Positions 61,246 through 64,000 of a stretch of 64,000 nt of DNA are shown in pieces; positions within the stretch are counted from its first letter, which is position 1, and the number at the start of each line of letters is the position of its first letter. The notes under the pieces are model-generated. The model searched no databases. It was not told the origin of the DNA and saw only the letters and a list, made by a program, of their open reading frames with translations. This stretch comes from a virus. The stretch lies in IMG/VR virus record IMGVR_UViG_3300045988_107889, positions 32,001 to 96,000 of that record. One strand, given 5' to 3'. Made by a program: the position numbers and the translations under genes.

Positions 61246-63497
61246 TTATCGAGCTATTTGTAATCAAAAGAGACGGTCGGTTAGAGAAATTTTCCCCTAA
61301 AAAGATAGAAGAGGCGGTGAAGAAGGCGTTCGTGAGCGTCGATGGGGAAGAAAATGGGCAGTGTGCAGTCGTTGCAAGGGAAATTGCGGTTGCCGTGACT
61401 GCTGAAATGAAGAAAAGCAAGTCTGTTGAGGAAATTCAAGATATTGTTGAAGCCAAACTTATGGAATCTGACAGAAAAGATGTGGCAAAAGCGTACATCC
61501 TGTATAGAAATGAGAGAACAAAGGTAAGAGAGCGGAACGGACGGCTTGTTCAGAAGGTTTTGGATCGCGCAACGTCCAGTGTAGACAATAGATCTAACGC
61601 AAATGTGGATGAGAAGAGCTTTTCAGGCAGAGAAAAAGAAGCATCTGCTGATATCGGTAAGATGATTGCCTTAGAGTATGGCGGTCTATCTGACGAAGTA
61701 GCAAAAGCTCATAAGGAAATGTTGATTTATCAGCACGACCTGGAGAAGGCGATTTACGGTATGCACAATTGCCTTAACGTTAATTTCCAAGAGCTGTTTA
61801 CATACGGGTTTCACACTAGAAACGGAGATGTACGACCACCCGCAAGCTTCAGCACGGCGTGTCAGCTTGTCGCCGTCGCTTTTCAGTGCCAAAGCCAGAT
61901 CCAGTACGGTGGCTGCGGCACGGTACACTTTGATCTGGATCTCGCTCCGTTTGTAAAGAAAAGCTTTCGCAAACATTATGAAGACGGAAAGAAATATATC
62001 GACGAACCAACTGTGATGGGAATTGGAGATATAGTTATTTTTGAAACAGATGATTGGCATATTGACAATCCAGTTTTCAAATCATATTACCCGAAAGCAT
62101 ATCAGTACGCTATGGATATGTTAGAGAGAGAGGGACAGCAATCGACTCAGGCGTTGTATCATAACCTGAATACGCTAGAATCACGGCAAGGTTCGCAGGT
62201 GCCATTCACGTCAATCAACCTTGGCAGAGATACATCCGTCGAAGGCCGACTCATAACCAAGTGGGTTTTTGAAGCCAGCCTAGATGGAATCGGTAAACAC
62301 CATCTGACAAGCATCTTCCCAATTAGCATCTTCCAGTACAAGCAAGGTGTTAATGCAAATCCTGAAGATAAAAATTACGATCTCAAACAGCTTGCTTTGA
62401 AGTCAATGAGCAAACGAATTTATCCGAACTGGTGTAACGGTGATTGGTCTCAAGCGCATGAGGACGACGACAACCCGGACACCTGGTTTAGTACCATGGG
62501 TTGTAGAACTATGCTGGGGTATGATCGCCATGGCCTTGGGTATATCCGCCAGGGCAGAGGGAATAATGTACCCAACACAATTATTCTCCCGAAGCTCGGA
62601 ATCGAGTTTGGTATTTGCCTAGGAGAGCGCACAAAGCCAGATCTCGACGGGTTCTGGAACGCTTTTGAGGAAACATTAAAACTGTGTGAGAGAGGGCTGC
62701 TAGAGCGGTTCGAAATCATGGTTCGGCAATCACCGAAAGCTGCTCCGTTTATGTATGAAAACAATACAATCCAAAAAGCACGTGAGTGTGAAGATGACGT
62801 GTTTAATGCTTTAAAAGGCAACACGCTTGCCATAGGCTTCATTGGAGTTGCAGAGATGTGTCAAGCGCTATTCGGGAAAAATCATGTTCACGACAAGGAT
62901 ATCCACGCCTTTGCGCTATCTGTTGTAAAAAGAATCAATGAGTTTGCGGCAGAGGCATCTAAGCGAAATGACCTGAATTTCTCATGTTACGCGACTCCGG
63001 CTGAAACATTAGCGCGTACAGCACTGGTTGCGCTTAGAGAGCAATATGGTGTTATTAAAGATGTTACATCTCATGAGTATCTGACAAACTCCCACCATGT
63101 GCCTGTATGGGAAAAGGTGTCTATCTATGACAAGCTTCGTATTGAAGCTCCGTTCTGTAAGTATCCGACAGGTGGCACTATTACTTACGTAGAATTGTCG
63201 AGCACCTTCGTAAAGAATACCAAAGCTGTGGAAGATATCATTGATTATGCTTTTAAAGAGCTTGATATTCCGTATCTTGCCTTCAATTTCCCAATTGATA
63301 GTTGCTTAGATTGCGGATATCAGGGCGAGTTTAATAATAGCTGTCCTGAATGCGGAAGCAAGAACATCCAGCAACTCCGTCGCGTAACAGGATATCTTTC
63401 TACTGATTACCACAATTTTAACGACGGCAAACAAGCAGAGGTAGAAGAAAGAGTGAAACATAGTACATATCAAGATGCAGGTGAGCTATTTGGTTAA
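61236..63497 (+). CDS. nrdD: anaerobic ribonucleoside-triphosphate reductase (class III)
   Basis: ATP-cone 'VIKRDGRLEKFSPKKIEEAV'. C-terminal Zn site 'CLDCGYQ....CPECGS'. Glycyl-radical motif 'RRVTGYLS'. TTG start is uncertain. Confidence 0.9.
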   Translation: MWLIIELFVIKRDGRLEKFSPKKIEEAVKKAFVSVDGEENGQCAVVAREIAVAVTAEMKKSKSVEEIQDIVEAKLMESDRKDVAKAYILYRNERTKVRERNGRLVQKVLDRATSSVDNRSNANVDEKSFSGREKEASADIGKMIALEYGGLSDEVAKAHKEMLIYQHDLEKAIYGMHNCLNVNFQELFTYGFHTRNGDVRPPASFSTACQLVAVAFQCQSQIQYGGCGTVHFDLDLAPFVKKSFRKHYEDGKKYIDEPTVMGIGDIVIFETDDWHIDNPVFKSYYPKAYQYAMDMLEREGQQSTQALYHNLNTLESRQGSQVPFTSINLGRDTSVEGRLITKWVFEASLDGIGKHHLTSIFPISIFQYKQGVNANPEDKNYDLKQLALKSMSKRIYPNWCNGDWSQAHEDDDNPDTWFSTMGCRTMLGYDRHGLGYIRQGRGNNVPNTIILPKLGIEFGICLGERTKPDLDGFWNAFEETLKLCERGLLERFEIMVRQSPKAAPFMYENNTIQKARECEDDVFNALKGNTLAIGFIGVAEMCQALFGKNHVHDKDIHAFALSVVKRINEFAAEASKRNDLNFSCYATPAETLARTALVALREQYGVIKDVTSHEYLTNSHHVPVWEKVSIYDKLRIEAPFCKYPTGGTITYVELSSTFVKNTKAVEDIIDYAFKELDIPYLAFNFPIDSCLDCGYQGEFNNSCPECGSKNIQQLRRVTGYLSTDYHNFNDGKQAEVEERVKHSTYQDAGELFG

Positions 63498-63978
63498 GCT
63501 CGCAGGCTATGACTGGGAGTCCTTCTGCGACGCAGAGGGCGTAGCGTGTGTGCTGTTTATTTCGGGGTGCCGAAATAACTGCCCTGGTTGCCAGTCACCA
63601 CAGACCCATGATTTTAATTATGGGCTTGAAATTACACAAGATGTAATTGATAGAATCAATTTTGAGATTGATAAAAGACCGTTTTTAAACGCACTGGTTC
63701 TGTCCGGCGGAGACCCTATGTTCTCCGCCGGGGAACTGGTCTCCATTATTGATAAGATCCATATCCCTAATGATAACCTCTGGTGCTACACAGGGCTGCT
63801 AATGGGACAGGTGAAGCAAGACAAAGATATGTCTCAGCTATTAGATAGATGCACGTATCTAGTAGACGGGAGGTTTGAGATTGATAAGCGAGATGTCACC
63901 CTTCAGTTCCGAGGCAGCAGTAACCAGATTGTTTGGAAAAAACAAGATGGCGTATGGGTCAAATGGATTACAGATTAG
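63475..63978 (+). CDS. nrdG: anaerobic RNR activating protein (radical SAM)
   Basis: 'VLFISGCRNNCPGCQSPQTH' is the CxxxCxxC cluster, followed by '..VLSGGDP'. The gene overlaps the nrdD end. Confidence 0.9.
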   Translation: MQVSYLVKLAGYDWESFCDAEGVACVLFISGCRNNCPGCQSPQTHDFNYGLEITQDVIDRINFEIDKRPFLNALVLSGGDPMFSAGELVSIIDKIHIPNDNLWCYTGLLMGQVKQDKDMSQLLDRCTYLVDGRFEIDKRDVTLQFRGSSNQIVWKKQDGVWVKWITD

Positions 63979-64000
63979 AAAGAGAGGTACGAATTGATCG

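Overview
This window looks like part of a large Firmicutes phage or prophage of the SPbeta-like type. It has a minus-strand left arm (1-12.5 kb). That arm carries an HU-like protein, a tyrosine integrase, a metallophosphoesterase, a lipoprotein, a YonO-like RdRP-fold RNA polymerase split by two group I introns, a BRO-N-like protein and two paralogous HTH-type proteins. Next comes a roughly 4 kb control region (12.5-16.6 kb) that is almost ORF-free. It holds an AT-rich tract, iteron-like repeats, interleaved inverted repeats, a second tyrosine recombinase, several consensus sigma70/sigmaA-type promoters and about 1 kb of hairpin-dense sequence without ORFs. The plus-strand right arm (16.6-64 kb) carries ArdA and a promoter-driven tRNA cluster of 10 tRNAs plus one interrupted tRNA-like gene. 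It also has a ParB / ubiquitin-like / JAB / ThiF(E1) cassette containing five tandem paralogues that share a C-terminal ...F-x-[NS]-C-L-[LM]-L tail, followed by a retron-like reverse transcriptase behind an ORF-free A/C-rich leader. After many small ORFs come HAD, Thg1-like and PRTase-like genes, an NAD-dependent ligase, a MazF-like toxin, and Erf, SSB and a PD-(D/E)XK nuclease. The arm ends with an intein-containing primase-helicase, a DnaE-type Pol III alpha gene split by an HNH-bearing group I intron, a dNMP kinase and NrdD/NrdG. The most unusual locus is 26.1-34.5 kb. All functional calls rest on motifs read by eye; no database search was possible.
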